From assembly GCA_963662265.2 (NCBI GenBank), contig CAXXHA010000019.1:1-64000 (forward strand): a stretch of 64,000 nt of DNA. Reading direction: 5' to 3'. This stretch comes from Spirochaetia bacterium. Its GTDB lineage: Bacteria > Spirochaetota > Spirochaetia > CADAEX01. The position numbers and the translations under genes were made by a program. Of the stretch, positions 10,044 to 19,522 are shown piece by piece. The notes under the pieces were generated by a model. The model was not told the origin of the DNA. It was given only the letters and a program-made list of their open reading frames with translations, and did no database searches. The stretch's first letter is position 1, and each line of letters opens with the position of its first letter.

Positions 10044-11257
10044 ACGTCCTTTCTTATCATTGTTTCTTCACGTCTGTATCCTACTGAAATGATTCCTACA
10101 GGAGTTTCTGTGTATTCTTCAATGAATTTTATATATTCTCTGGCATTTTCAGGAAGCTCTTCATATTTTTTTATATTTGTAAGTTCTGTCTTCCAGCCTT
10201 TGAATGTCCTGTATACAGGTTTTACTTTTTCAAGTTTAGATATTGATGAAGGAAAATCCTGAATTTTCTCACCTTCATATTCATAGGCAACACATGCCTT
10301 GATTTCATCCATGTCATCATAGATATCAAGGTGTGTGAGAACAAGAGAATCAAGAGAGTTTGTTCTGCATACATATTTAAGAGCAACAAGGTCAAGGTAC
10401 CCGCATCTTCTCGGCCGTCCTGTTGTTACCCCGTATTCCCTTCCTGTCTCCCTGACTTTGTTTTCAAGTTCACCTTCAGTTTCAGGATCGAATTCTGTAG
10501 GGAAAGGTCCGTAGCCTACTCTTGTGTTGTACGCCTTGAATACACCGTGAATACCGTCAATATCTCTCGGTCCAACAGCGCCGCCTGAGCATGCTCCGTA
10601 TGAAGATGATGCACCTGATGATACATACGGATATGTTCCGTTATCAATATCAAGGAGTGCGCCCTGGGCGCCTTCAAACATGATTTTCTGACCCTTGTAT
10701 TTATTAACAAACACAGAAAGATCTATAACCATATCCTTGAGCATATCTTTATATTTATTTATAAAGAATTTTTCCTCTTCGTTGAGTGTAGAATAAACAG
10801 CTTCATCGAAAATATCTCCTGCTCTGACACCGTCCCTGTAGGATTTAAGTGCATAAGCGACACCAATTCCTCTTCCGGTTGTGCCGATAGGCTTTCTTTT
10901 CTGTTTATCCATTTCAATATCTTTCTGTTTATATGACGGAAATACAATATGTGCCCTGTCTGAAATAAAGAGTCTGCCTTCCCAGTCAACACCCTGCTCT
11001 TTGATTGTTTTAAGTTCGTTAAATAGAGATTCGAAATCAATTACCATTCCTGTTCCGAGAACAACTTTTTTATCGGAATATACAATGCCGGATGGAACAA
11101 GATGAAGTTTATATGTAATACCGTCATGTACAATAGTATGCCCGGCGTTTGCGCCGCCTGAAAATCTGACTACGAGATCTGCATCTTCAGCAAGAAAATC
11201 AACTATCTTGCCTTTTCCTTCATCGCCCCACTGAGCTCCAATAATGACTACATTCAT
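10031..11257 (-). CDS. purA: Adenylosuccinate synthetase
   Basis: 'GAQWGDEGKGK', 'GGANAGHT', 'IGTTGRGIG', 'EYGVTTGRPRRCG'. Confidence 0.97.
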   Translation of the reverse strand: MNVVIIGAQWGDEGKGKIVDFLAEDADLVVRFSGGANAGHTIVHDGITYKLHLVPSGIVYSDKKVVLGTGMVIDFESLFNELKTIKEQGVDWEGRLFISDRAHIVFPSYKQKDIEMDKQKRKPIGTTGRGIGVAYALKSYRDGVRAGDIFDEAVYSTLNEEEKFFINKYKDMLKDMVIDLSVFVNKYKGQKIMFEGAQGALLDIDNGTYPYVSSGASSSYGACSGGAVGPRDIDGIHGVFKAYNTRVGYGPFPTEFDPETEGELENKVRETGREYGVTTGRPRRCGYLDLVALKYVCRTNSLDSLVLTHLDIYDDMDEIKACVAYEYEGEKIQDFPSSISKLEKVKPVYRTFKGWKTELTNIKKYEELPENAREYIKFIEEYTETPVGIISVGYRREETMIRKDVWTK

Positions 11258-11268
11258 TACTTTATCCT

Positions 11269-12705
11269 TTAATTAGTATAATTTGGTGCAGCCTGAGTAA
11301 TGGATACATCATGTACATGACTTTCCTTTAATCCTGCAGGTGTTATCTTAACAAAATTTTTATATCGTCTCAATTCACTTATGTTCTTACAGCCGCAATA
11401 TGCCATACCTTTTTTCAATCCTGTGACAAGCTGGTTGATAAAAGGCTTCATTTCACCCTTGTAAGGAACTCTTCCTTCGATTCCTTCCGGAACAGGATCT
11501 TCACCCTCTTTCATTCTGTACCTGTCGCCTGATCCGTCATTTATAGCGCCGATTGAACCCATTCCCCTATAAGATTTGAAAATACGGCCCTCATAGATGA
11601 TTTCCCTTCCCGGGGATTCCTTAAGACCGGCAAAAAGGTTTCCTACCATGATTGTATGGGCTCCGGCTCCAATAGCTTTGACAATGTCACCTGAATATTT
11701 AATGCCGCCGTCTGCAATTACAGGTGTTTTTGTTTTTTCAGCTTCTTTTGCGCATTCATAGACTGCTGTAAACTGAGGAACACCGATACCTGCTACAATC
11801 CTTGTTGTACATATTGAACCGGGGCCTATTCCCACTTTAACAGCATCAGAACCAGCATCGATTAACCTTCTTGTCGCCTCAGCTGTTGATGCATTTCCCC
11901 CTACAACAGGAATATCATATTTTTTCTTGATATCCTTTATTGCCTCAATACAGCTTTTTGTATCACCGCTTGCTGTATCAAGGACTACAAAGTCTACCTT
12001 TTTTTCAAGAAGAAGAGGTATCCTTTTATCATAGTCCATAGGTGAAATTGCAGCACCTACTATGAGACGGCCGAATTCATCAAGTGCTGCATCAGGATGC
12101 ATTTTCTTTTTATCCATGTCTCTGTATGTTACAAGCCCTTTTACATGACCTTTATCATCAATTATTGGGAGTTTCTCAATTTTGTATTTGTCGAATTTTT
12201 CAGCTGCGCTTTCAGGTGTGGGTATTCCTACCTCTGAAACTGGATTCTTTGTCATAATCTCTTTTACAAGAAGCTTGTCATTGGTAACAAAACGGAGATC
12301 CCTGGAAGTTATAATACCTGACAGGATGTTGTTGTCATTTATTACAGGTATACCGGTTGCGTTGTATGCTTCCATCTGCTGCTTAATTATTCCAATAGTT
12401 GTATTTTCATGCGCAGTCTGAGGCTCCTGTATGACCCAGTTGAGATATCTTTTAACCTTGGATACTTCATTTGCCTGCTGTTCAGGGGTGAAATTCCGGT
12501 GTATAACACCTGCTCCGCCTGAAAGAGCAATTGCTATTGCAAGTTCCGATCCTGTTACTGTATCCATAGCAGCAGATAAAATAGGTGTATTGAGATATAT
12601 GTTGCCTACCAGTTTTGACCTGACATTGACATCTCCGGGAACCACTTCTGAATAAGTCGGTGTTAATAGAATATCATCGTAACTTAATCCTTCTTTGAGT
12701 TCCAT
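11269..12705 (-). CDS. guaB: IMP dehydrogenase (with CBS pair)
   Basis: 'SAAMDTVT', '[13 protein letters not shown]', 'IADGGI', 'YRGMGS', 'VPEGIEG'. Confidence 0.95.
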   Translation of the reverse strand: MELKEGLSYDDILLTPTYSEVVPGDVNVRSKLVGNIYLNTPILSAAMDTVTGSELAIAIALSGGAGVIHRNFTPEQQANEVSKVKRYLNWVIQEPQTAHENTTIGIIKQQMEAYNATGIPVINDNNILSGIITSRDLRFVTNDKLLVKEIMTKNPVSEVGIPTPESAAEKFDKYKIEKLPIIDDKGHVKGLVTYRDMDKKKMHPDAALDEFGRLIVGAAISPMDYDKRIPLLLEKKVDFVVLDTASGDTKSCIEAIKDIKKKYDIPVVGGNASTAEATRRLIDAGSDAVKVGIGPGSICTTRIVAGIGVPQFTAVYECAKEAEKTKTPVIADGGIKYSGDIVKAIGAGAHTIMVGNLFAGLKESPGREIIYEGRIFKSYRGMGSIGAINDGSGDRYRMKEGEDPVPEGIEGRVPYKGEMKPFINQLVTGLKKGMAYCGCKNISELRRYKNFVKITPAGLKESHVHDVSITQAAPNYTN

Positions 12706-14132
12706 TAGAGTTTCTCCTTAAGAATTTTCATTTCTTTTCTGTATTTTTCTGAAAGTGATTTTGCCTTTACAACTGCCTGACCTCTGTAGAGTTCCGGTGT
12801 TGAAAAGAATTTTTCAGGATCAATTGCAGCAGTTTTTTCAAGCTGTCTGGAAATAGTTGCCCAAACTTCCGGCTGATTTTTAAGTATTTCAACCATCCGT
12901 TTTCCTGTTTTTTCAGATTCAAGTGTAACTTTTCTTATGACTTCATGTGCATCAGGTTCTCCGCCGCATGAAAGAAGTATATATGCAGCTTCCGCAAGAA
13001 CAAGGTCTCCTGTGAAGCTGAGGTTTTTCATCAGCATCTCATTATCAACATGAAGAGTTGAAAGAACCTTCTTAATTCTGTTTAACGCGGAACAGAAACC
13101 CGCAATATAGTCTGCCACAAAACGTGCTGAAGCAGAGTTTGAAAGGTCTCTCTGATGTTCTGAAATCTGATCCATGAAAAATGTATTTACCCTGGGGTAA
13201 AATGCTTTCCAGAGACTCTTTACATGCTCTGAGTTCCAGGGATTCCTCTTCTGCGGCATTGTTGATGAACCGACCTGTGTTGAGGTAAACATTTCCCTTA
13301 ATTCTGATATTTCCGATCTCTGGAGATGCCTGAGGTCGTCTGCCAGATTTGCAATTATTCCGAAAGCTACATTGATTTCCAGCAGAAGCCTTAAGAGATA
13401 TTCAGGTTCAACCATCTGTGTTGAATGTTCAGAAGGTTCAAGGTCAAGAAAGGAGAGAGTATCTTTTTCCATTTTTATAGGATCTTTTACAATAAGAGTT
13501 GTTGAGTTATATGCTCCTACTGCACCTGCAAGTTTCCCTTTAAGTTCCCTGTTAAGCTCGTTGATTCTGATTATACTCTTGCCGAGCCTTGAAACATATT
13601 CTGATACTGCAAAACCGAGAGTTATCGGGACTGCATGCTGCCCATGGGTTCTTCCGACCTGGGGAGTTTCAGCTTCATTGAATGCCAGATCTGCAAGCAG
13701 TTCTTCAATTTCAATAAGAAGCGGAAGAACTACATCATTAACAGAATCTCTCATCTTAAGTGATGTAGCTGTATCAAGGATATCAACAGATGTTGCTCCC
13801 AGATGTACAAAAGGCTTGAGTTCGTCTGAAAGATATTTTTTTATTACATTAACCAGAGCCCTGATATTATGCTGTGTTTTCTCTTCTTCAGCATATACCT
13901 CTTCAGGATCAATTTTTTCAATAAGAGAGTCAGCTTCCTGAAGGTATTTTTCAGGATTTTCCATATTAAGCTTTATATGTGTTTTTATGAGTGCTATTTC
14001 AGCTTTAACGCAATAGCTTATTGAAGCTTCTTCTGAAAGGTATTTTTCCAGTCTGTCAAAAAGTTCTCTGTTTGCCAGATAATATCTGTGGTCCAGAGGT
14101 GAAATGTTCTTAAAAATTGATTTTGTTTCCAT
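12705..14132 (-). CDS. purB: Adenylosuccinate lyase
   Basis: 'VHLGATSVDI', 'GRTHGQHA', fumarate-lyase signature 'GSSTMPQKRNP'; first gene of the purine operon. Confidence 0.95.
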   Translation of the reverse strand: METKSIFKNISPLDHRYYLANRELFDRLEKYLSEEASISYCVKAEIALIKTHIKLNMENPEKYLQEADSLIEKIDPEEVYAEEEKTQHNIRALVNVIKKYLSDELKPFVHLGATSVDILDTATSLKMRDSVNDVVLPLLIEIEELLADLAFNEAETPQVGRTHGQHAVPITLGFAVSEYVSRLGKSIIRINELNRELKGKLAGAVGAYNSTTLIVKDPIKMEKDTLSFLDLEPSEHSTQMVEPEYLLRLLLEINVAFGIIANLADDLRHLQRSEISELREMFTSTQVGSSTMPQKRNPWNSEHVKSLWKAFYPRVNTFFMDQISEHQRDLSNSASARFVADYIAGFCSALNRIKKVLSTLHVDNEMLMKNLSFTGDLVLAEAAYILLSCGGEPDAHEVIRKVTLESEKTGKRMVEILKNQPEVWATISRQLEKTAAIDPEKFFSTPELYRGQAVVKAKSLSEKYRKEMKILKEKL

Positions 14133-14200
14133 AGTCCATAATTACAAAAAGTTCAGATTTTGTCAAAGGTTCTGAATAATATCTTTTATCAAAACTGCTT

Positions 14201-16117
14201 TTGGATTACAATAAATATGTGGAAAATAAGTATGAAAAGCTGTTCCGTCAGGCACTTCAAGCAGGGAGCGAACGGGATTACGGCAAAGCAGTCTTGCTGC
14301 TGAACAGAATCATTGTTGAAACTGATACTATACATGAAGCATTTCTTTACCTGGGCAGAAGTTATCATGCTCTCGGCAACTATGACAGTGCAATTAAAAT
14401 GCTGAAAATATATATCGATTATGAGGATGATTCCCCTAAAGGATATTTTTTTATTGGAAGGACATATCTTGCTGTCGGTTTTCCAAGGAAATCAGCCAGG
14501 TACCTGATAAAGGCGCTTGAGTTGGCACCAGACAACACCGAGATCATGGGACTTCTAGGTATATCATTTCTTAAGATGAAAAAAATAGAATCAGCTGTTT
14601 CTGTACTTGAGAAGGCAATGGGAATTCAGCCTGATAACAGAAGCATACAGAATGCCTATCTGAACTCTGTTTATGCAAAGGGTGTAAAGGAATTCTATTA
14701 CGGCGATATAGAATTAGCGAGACAGATTTTTGAATTTCTGAAAGATAACAACAGGTTATCTGATAATATAGACCTGCTTCTCGCTGTAATTGCAAGGGAA
14801 AACTGCAATTATGAAAAATCTCTTGATTTGTATAAAAGCGTTATAAAAAGAAATCCAGATGATGACATGCTGAAGGTCCAGATAATTCCACTCTTGATAA
14901 AGACAGGAAATCAGTCTGAAGCTGCAAGACTAATAGCTGAACTGACAGAGAAAAACATACCTCTGAATATAAATAACCTCAACAGCAGCGATATTAACAG
15001 AATACTTGCGATTGAATATTTCAACAAGAATAACTACAGGGAAGCTCTTCTATATGCTAAAAAAATCATACGTGAAAACTACTATGATAATGAAATGCAT
15101 ATGCTAATGGGGGAAATATTCAGGCAGACAGGGAGAAACGACAGGGCGGAAAACCATTTCAATCTTGTACTGAAGCGTGACAGTGACAAAAAGGAAGCAA
15201 GATACGGAAAAATAATGGTTTTCTGGACTGAAGAAAGGTTTGAAGATCTCTATGATGAAATTATCAAGCTTGAAAATAAATATCCTGAAGACGAAGTAGC
15301 ATATTACTACAAACCGCTTGTCATGTGCAGGCTTGATTACCCGTCTGAAGAGACAATTCCGCTCATTGAAGAGGTGCTGAGGAAAAATAAAAGCGATCCA
15401 TACCTGATAAATGCTGTCGGATATGAATATCTGAAAACCGGAGATGCCCGGACTGCAGAACAATGGTTTAAGAATTCCCTTAAAATATCGGATATGAAAG
15501 ATTCGTATACCGGCCTTATCAAGTCTTATTATAAGCAGAATAAAAAATCAGGAATCAACTCTGTTTTCAGAAAATATCTTAAGGTCTATCCTGATGACAA
15601 CAAAATGAGAAAATACTATATCAACAATCTGTACGAGCAGAAAAGTTATAAGACAGCAATACGAGAAATTGAAAAATATTCTGCATGTACCGAAAAAAGA
15701 GGCAGACTTGAAGTAATGCTTGCCAAATGCTACATAAAGACTGATAATCCTGAAAAAGCAATAGTGTTATACAGGAAAATACTTTCAGAAAACCCTGACA
15801 GCATAAATTATCTTATGGCTTATTCTTACTGCCTTGAAAAGCTTGACAGGATTGATGAAGCTATTAACCTGCTGGAAAAATCAATTAAATATTTTAAAAA
15901 CAACAGAAGGATACTTCTGACAGCGGGAGTTTTATATTTCAGGCAGGCGAAATATGAAAAAGCAATGGACATATTCAGAAAAGTACTTGAAATCAGAAGC
16001 AGTGACTGGAGAGCATATTACAATATGTCGAAAATATATGAACTTCAGGGATTAAAAGTCATGGCTGATAAATTTATGAAACATTCACAGCGTTATAAAA
16101 AAATGCTTGATAAATAA
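14201..16117 (+). CDS. Tetratricopeptide repeat protein
   Basis: 638 aa with many TPR consensus repeats, e.g. 'AFLYLGRSYHALGNYDSAIK' and 'GVLYFRQAKYEKAMDIFRKVLE'. Confidence 0.85.
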   Translation: MDYNKYVENKYEKLFRQALQAGSERDYGKAVLLLNRIIVETDTIHEAFLYLGRSYHALGNYDSAIKMLKIYIDYEDDSPKGYFFIGRTYLAVGFPRKSARYLIKALELAPDNTEIMGLLGISFLKMKKIESAVSVLEKAMGIQPDNRSIQNAYLNSVYAKGVKEFYYGDIELARQIFEFLKDNNRLSDNIDLLLAVIARENCNYEKSLDLYKSVIKRNPDDDMLKVQIIPLLIKTGNQSEAARLIAELTEKNIPLNINNLNSSDINRILAIEYFNKNNYREALLYAKKIIRENYYDNEMHMLMGEIFRQTGRNDRAENHFNLVLKRDSDKKEARYGKIMVFWTEERFEDLYDEIIKLENKYPEDEVAYYYKPLVMCRLDYPSEETIPLIEEVLRKNKSDPYLINAVGYEYLKTGDARTAEQWFKNSLKISDMKDSYTGLIKSYYKQNKKSGINSVFRKYLKVYPDDNKMRKYYINNLYEQKSYKTAIREIEKYSACTEKRGRLEVMLAKCYIKTDNPEKAIVLYRKILSENPDSINYLMAYSYCLEKLDRIDEAINLLEKSIKYFKNNRRILLTAGVLYFRQAKYEKAMDIFRKVLEIRSSDWRAYYNMSKIYELQGLKVMADKFMKHSQRYKKMLDK

Positions 16118-16135
16118 CAGTATTTGAAATAACTT
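16107..16135 (+). promoter_or_regulatory. Putative sigma70 promoter for the 16222 gene
   Basis: TTGATA-N17-TAACTT; strong RBS AGGAGG at 16211. Confidence 0.35.
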
Positions 16136-16221
16136 TTTAGCAGGAGAAATGATAAGTTTTTATCAAAAGCAGCAGAGACTTTCCGGAAGGAAAGCGCTTG
16201 AACGCTTTATAGGAGGAAAAT

Positions 16222-16773
16222 ATGGCAGATCCAAAAGCTTTAGATCTTTTCCAGGCATATCACGAAGGTAAACTTCCTCAGGATGGAGGATATATTGTAT
16301 CATCTTTTTTTAATGTAAACTCAACATATTCTATTTATGAAATTGTTGCATATGATAACGTAAAAAGCATATATGCCGGTGAAAACGGACTGACATTTCA
16401 GACTGACGGTCATAAGCTTTATGTTCTTGTTGAACCTACAAATTATGCCCATAAATATCAGGAACCATTTACACGCGGTAAAAAAGAACAGATTCCTCAC
16501 AGGTTTTCTGAACTTGATATTATTACAGCAAAAAACCAGACAAAAGTCATGATCAGTAAAAAACCTGTAGTATCATATTCATCATTTACCATTCTTAAAC
16601 CTACAGGTATTAATTTTTCACTGGTATTTTACAATCGGGAAGATGTACTGGAAACACTGGAATTCTTTTTTACACAGACTCTGAAGAAGGAAGCCGGGGT
16701 TCCGACTATAGATACAAAAAAATGCGCAAGAAGCGTAATAGCAGGGATTAAAAAATTCAAGATCTGGGATTAA
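16222..16773 (+). CDS. Conserved hypothetical protein (spirochaete-type)
   Basis: 183-aa ORF with AGGAGG RBS and a downstream terminator; no motif I recognise. Confidence 0.75.
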   Translation: MADPKALDLFQAYHEGKLPQDGGYIVSSFFNVNSTYSIYEIVAYDNVKSIYAGENGLTFQTDGHKLYVLVEPTNYAHKYQEPFTRGKKEQIPHRFSELDIITAKNQTKVMISKKPVVSYSSFTILKPTGINFSLVFYNREDVLETLEFFFTQTLKKEAGVPTIDTKKCARSVIAGIKKFKIWD

Positions 16774-16801
16774 AGATTTTCTTAAAAAAATAGAATGATA
16801 T

Positions 16802-16839
16802 AAAAAAAAGCTGTCAGGTAAAACCGGACAGCTTTTTTT
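16802..16839. terminator. Bidirectional intrinsic terminator
   Basis: A8-GCTGTC-loop-GACAGC-T7 between convergent genes. Confidence 0.8.
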
Positions 16840-16861
16840 ATGTTTAAATATTTTTGTTATA

Positions 16862-19504
16862 CTATTTGGCAAGATCTTTCAGTTCAAGCTGGGCAACTGC
16901 TAGTGTTGCTATAGGAACTGAATAAGTTGAACAGGAGACATAATCGAGTCCCGCATTACGGCAGAATTCAATATTGACAGGAACTGCACCCTGTTCCCCG
17001 CAGAGTCCAAGCTTAATGTCCGGTCTTGTCATCTTTCCTCTTCGAACTGCAAAAGATACTAGTTCCTTGACACTGGGGTTTAATATTTCAAAGGGATTGG
17101 AAGGTATAATATCAAACTGGGTATAATCAGGCATGAAGTTGTTGAAATCATCCCTTGAAAGACCCAGAGTTGTCTGGGTAAGGTCATTGGTTCCGAAAGA
17201 GAAAAACTGTGCATACTGGGCAATCTCTCCTGCAGAAAGTGCTGCAGCAGGAAGTTCAATCATTGTACCGATTTTATATTCAAGCTGTCTGGCTTTTAAT
17301 GTTTTTCTAAGTTCCTCTTCAGTGGTTTTTATACCGACAATAGCTGCACCTTCAATTTTTTTGCCGTAGATTAATGCTTTTACCTCTTCCTGGTTCATGA
17401 CAATAGGAATCATTATTTCAGGATTTACCTTTACACCCTCTTTCTGAAGTGTGTAGGCAGCTTCAAAAATCGCATTAATCTGCATTGCATATATTTCAGG
17501 ATAGGAAATAGCAATTCTGCATCCCCTGTGACCCAGCATCGGGTTGAATTCTGAGAGAGAATCACACATGGCAGCAACATCTTTCCTTGTGATCTTTTCA
17601 AAACCTTTCTGCTTTTTAAGATAAGAGATAAACTCATCCATCTCAGCAGTATTATGGGGGAGAAATTCATGAAGAGGAGCATCCATGAGCCTGATAGTAA
17701 CCTCTTTTCCCTCCATGACTTTGAAAATCTTATAGAAATCTGTTTTCTGCATCTTCTGAATTTTAGAGAGAGTTTTCTTCCGTTTTTCAAAGTTGTCGGA
17801 AAGTATCATTTCACGGAAAACATTAATTCTTGAAGCATCGAAAAACATATGCTCTGTACGGCAGAGACCGATTCCTTCAGCCCCGAATTTCCTGGCAAGT
17901 GAAGCATCACGGGCGTTATCAGCATTTACCCTTACATGGAAATCTTTGCTGTATTTCTTTGAAATTGCAATGAGTTCACTTATACCGGAAGATTCATAAT
18001 CAGGCTCAATAAGGTCTGCCTTTCCGATATATATTACAGGATCACCGTAGTTTGGAACATTGAGAGTGATGTAATCACCTTCATTAATCACAATATCGCC
18101 GATCTGTATTTTTTTACCCTTGTATTTTATATCATGGTTGACAAGTGAAACTTTACCGTACTGTCTTGCTACTACTGATGCATGTGCCGCATAACCGCCT
18201 TCAGAAGACAGAACACCTGTTGATACTTCTATAGCCTTAACATCTTCTGCAAAAGTTGCTTCCATGCAGAGAATCATTTTTGTATCAAGATCTTTCTGAT
18301 GGGCTTCTTTCTGTGCATCCAGAAGTGCTTCTGTAGAAAAGAAAATCCTTCCTATTGCAGCCCCTGGAGCACCGGCAATACCGCCTGAAATTTTCTTCAG
18401 TTTTGTAACAGAACTTGTATTGATAATCGGATGGAGTATTTCATTGAGCTGTTCAGGTTTCAATGAGTTGATGACATATTTGTCATCTACTATTTTCCTG
18501 TTCATAAGGTCAAGAAGCGTGATAATTTCTGATTTGACACTCTTGTTTTGTACTTCCCTCTGGTCAACCATCCAGAGAGTCTTGTTTTCAATTGTAAATC
18601 TTATATGACGAATATTTTTAAAAGTATCTTCAATAGTTCTTGCGATTTTCTCAAGCTTTGTAAGATAGTTTTTCTCAATCTTATTGATATCCTTACCTTT
18701 TGTGCCTGTAAAATCAAAAGTATTCTGGAAATATTCTCCGGAAAGCTTCTTCTCGCCGCTAATGACATTCCTGGTGAAAAAGGAACCTGCAAATGATTTG
18801 TCGCCTGTATTTCCGTATACCATTGCCTGTACACCGATTGAAGTATCATCTTCATTCATATCATCAAGAGAAAGAAGACGGCTGACTCGGGTCAATGTGT
18901 AATCAAGCTGTTCATATGCATCTTCACAGAAACTTTCAGGTATAAACTGCTCAGCATCTGTAATCAGTTTTACCTTGTCAGCTTCCTTTATCTTTTTTCC
19001 CAGTTTCGTGTTTATATAATCTATTACAGTCTTTATTTTTGATGCTTTTTCATCATTTTCTTCAAGTACTGATATTTTTTCCTCAATAATGAGAATACCT
19101 TTCATCAAAAAAAACAGTTCATTGTAGGCAAAGTTTTCACCCACAAGTTTACTGAATCCTGAAAAAGTATTTTTAGTAAGACCGAAATTATGAAGAGCAG
19201 GATAACTGCTTGTAATAGTAAGATTCGGGCTTATAACAACTTTCAGAGTAAGAGGTTTTGTTTCCGCGTTAAATTTCTTACCCATTTTTGTTTCTATTTT
19301 TTCAATAAAAGGATTTATGAACTTTATTATTTTTCCTGAAGCAAGAGAAGATGCAACATCGCAGTCAATTGCAAAACCTGGGACAACGGGAAGTTTAAGA
19401 CTAGCAAAGTTATTTGCTTCCCGGTTTCTGCCCCCTATTTTTTCAAGAATTGACGGATTTTTTATAAACTCATTTTCACTGAAATAGTGTATGTTTTTTT
19501 TCAT
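16862..19504 (-). CDS. ppdK: Pyruvate phosphate dikinase-like protein with intact PEP-binding and phospho-His domains and a degenerate ATP-grasp domain
   Basis: 'GGYAAHASVVAR' (phospho-His), 'GIGLCRTEHMFF', 'TIRLMDAPLHEFLP', 'NPMLGHRGCR', 'GTMIE', 'FSFGTNDLTQ', 'GLCGEQG'. The N-terminal domain aligns with PPDK but lacks key motifs. Confidence 0.9.
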   Translation of the reverse strand: MKKNIHYFSENEFIKNPSILEKIGGRNREANNFASLKLPVVPGFAIDCDVASSLASGKIIKFINPFIEKIETKMGKKFNAETKPLTLKVVISPNLTITSSYPALHNFGLTKNTFSGFSKLVGENFAYNELFFLMKGILIIEEKISVLEENDEKASKIKTVIDYINTKLGKKIKEADKVKLITDAEQFIPESFCEDAYEQLDYTLTRVSRLLSLDDMNEDDTSIGVQAMVYGNTGDKSFAGSFFTRNVISGEKKLSGEYFQNTFDFTGTKGKDINKIEKNYLTKLEKIARTIEDTFKNIRHIRFTIENKTLWMVDQREVQNKSVKSEIITLLDLMNRKIVDDKYVINSLKPEQLNEILHPIINTSSVTKLKKISGGIAGAPGAAIGRIFFSTEALLDAQKEAHQKDLDTKMILCMEATFAEDVKAIEVSTGVLSSEGGYAAHASVVARQYGKVSLVNHDIKYKGKKIQIGDIVINEGDYITLNVPNYGDPVIYIGKADLIEPDYESSGISELIAISKKYSKDFHVRVNADNARDASLARKFGAEGIGLCRTEHMFFDASRINVFREMILSDNFEKRKKTLSKIQKMQKTDFYKIFKVMEGKEVTIRLMDAPLHEFLPHNTAEMDEFISYLKKQKGFEKITRKDVAAMCDSLSEFNPMLGHRGCRIAISYPEIYAMQINAIFEAAYTLQKEGVKVNPEIMIPIVMNQEEVKALIYGKKIEGAAIVGIKTTEEELRKTLKARQLEYKIGTMIELPAAALSAGEIAQYAQFFSFGTNDLTQTTLGLSRDDFNNFMPDYTQFDIIPSNPFEILNPSVKELVSFAVRRGKMTRPDIKLGLCGEQGAVPVNIEFCRNAGLDYVSCSTYSVPIATLAVAQLELKDLAK

Positions 19505-19522
19505 TTTTAAAATTCCTCTTGA

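Noticed and set aside
13372-13941. 189-aa antisense ORF inside purB, and similar antisense ORFs in pgk, gap and uvrA
   Set aside because: Ser-rich mirror frames typical of codon bias opposite conserved genes.
14132-14166. Possible leaderless purB transcript (TTGACA ~30 nt upstream of ATG)
   Set aside because: No convincing TAnnnT -10 at proper spacing; cannot be supported without TSS data.
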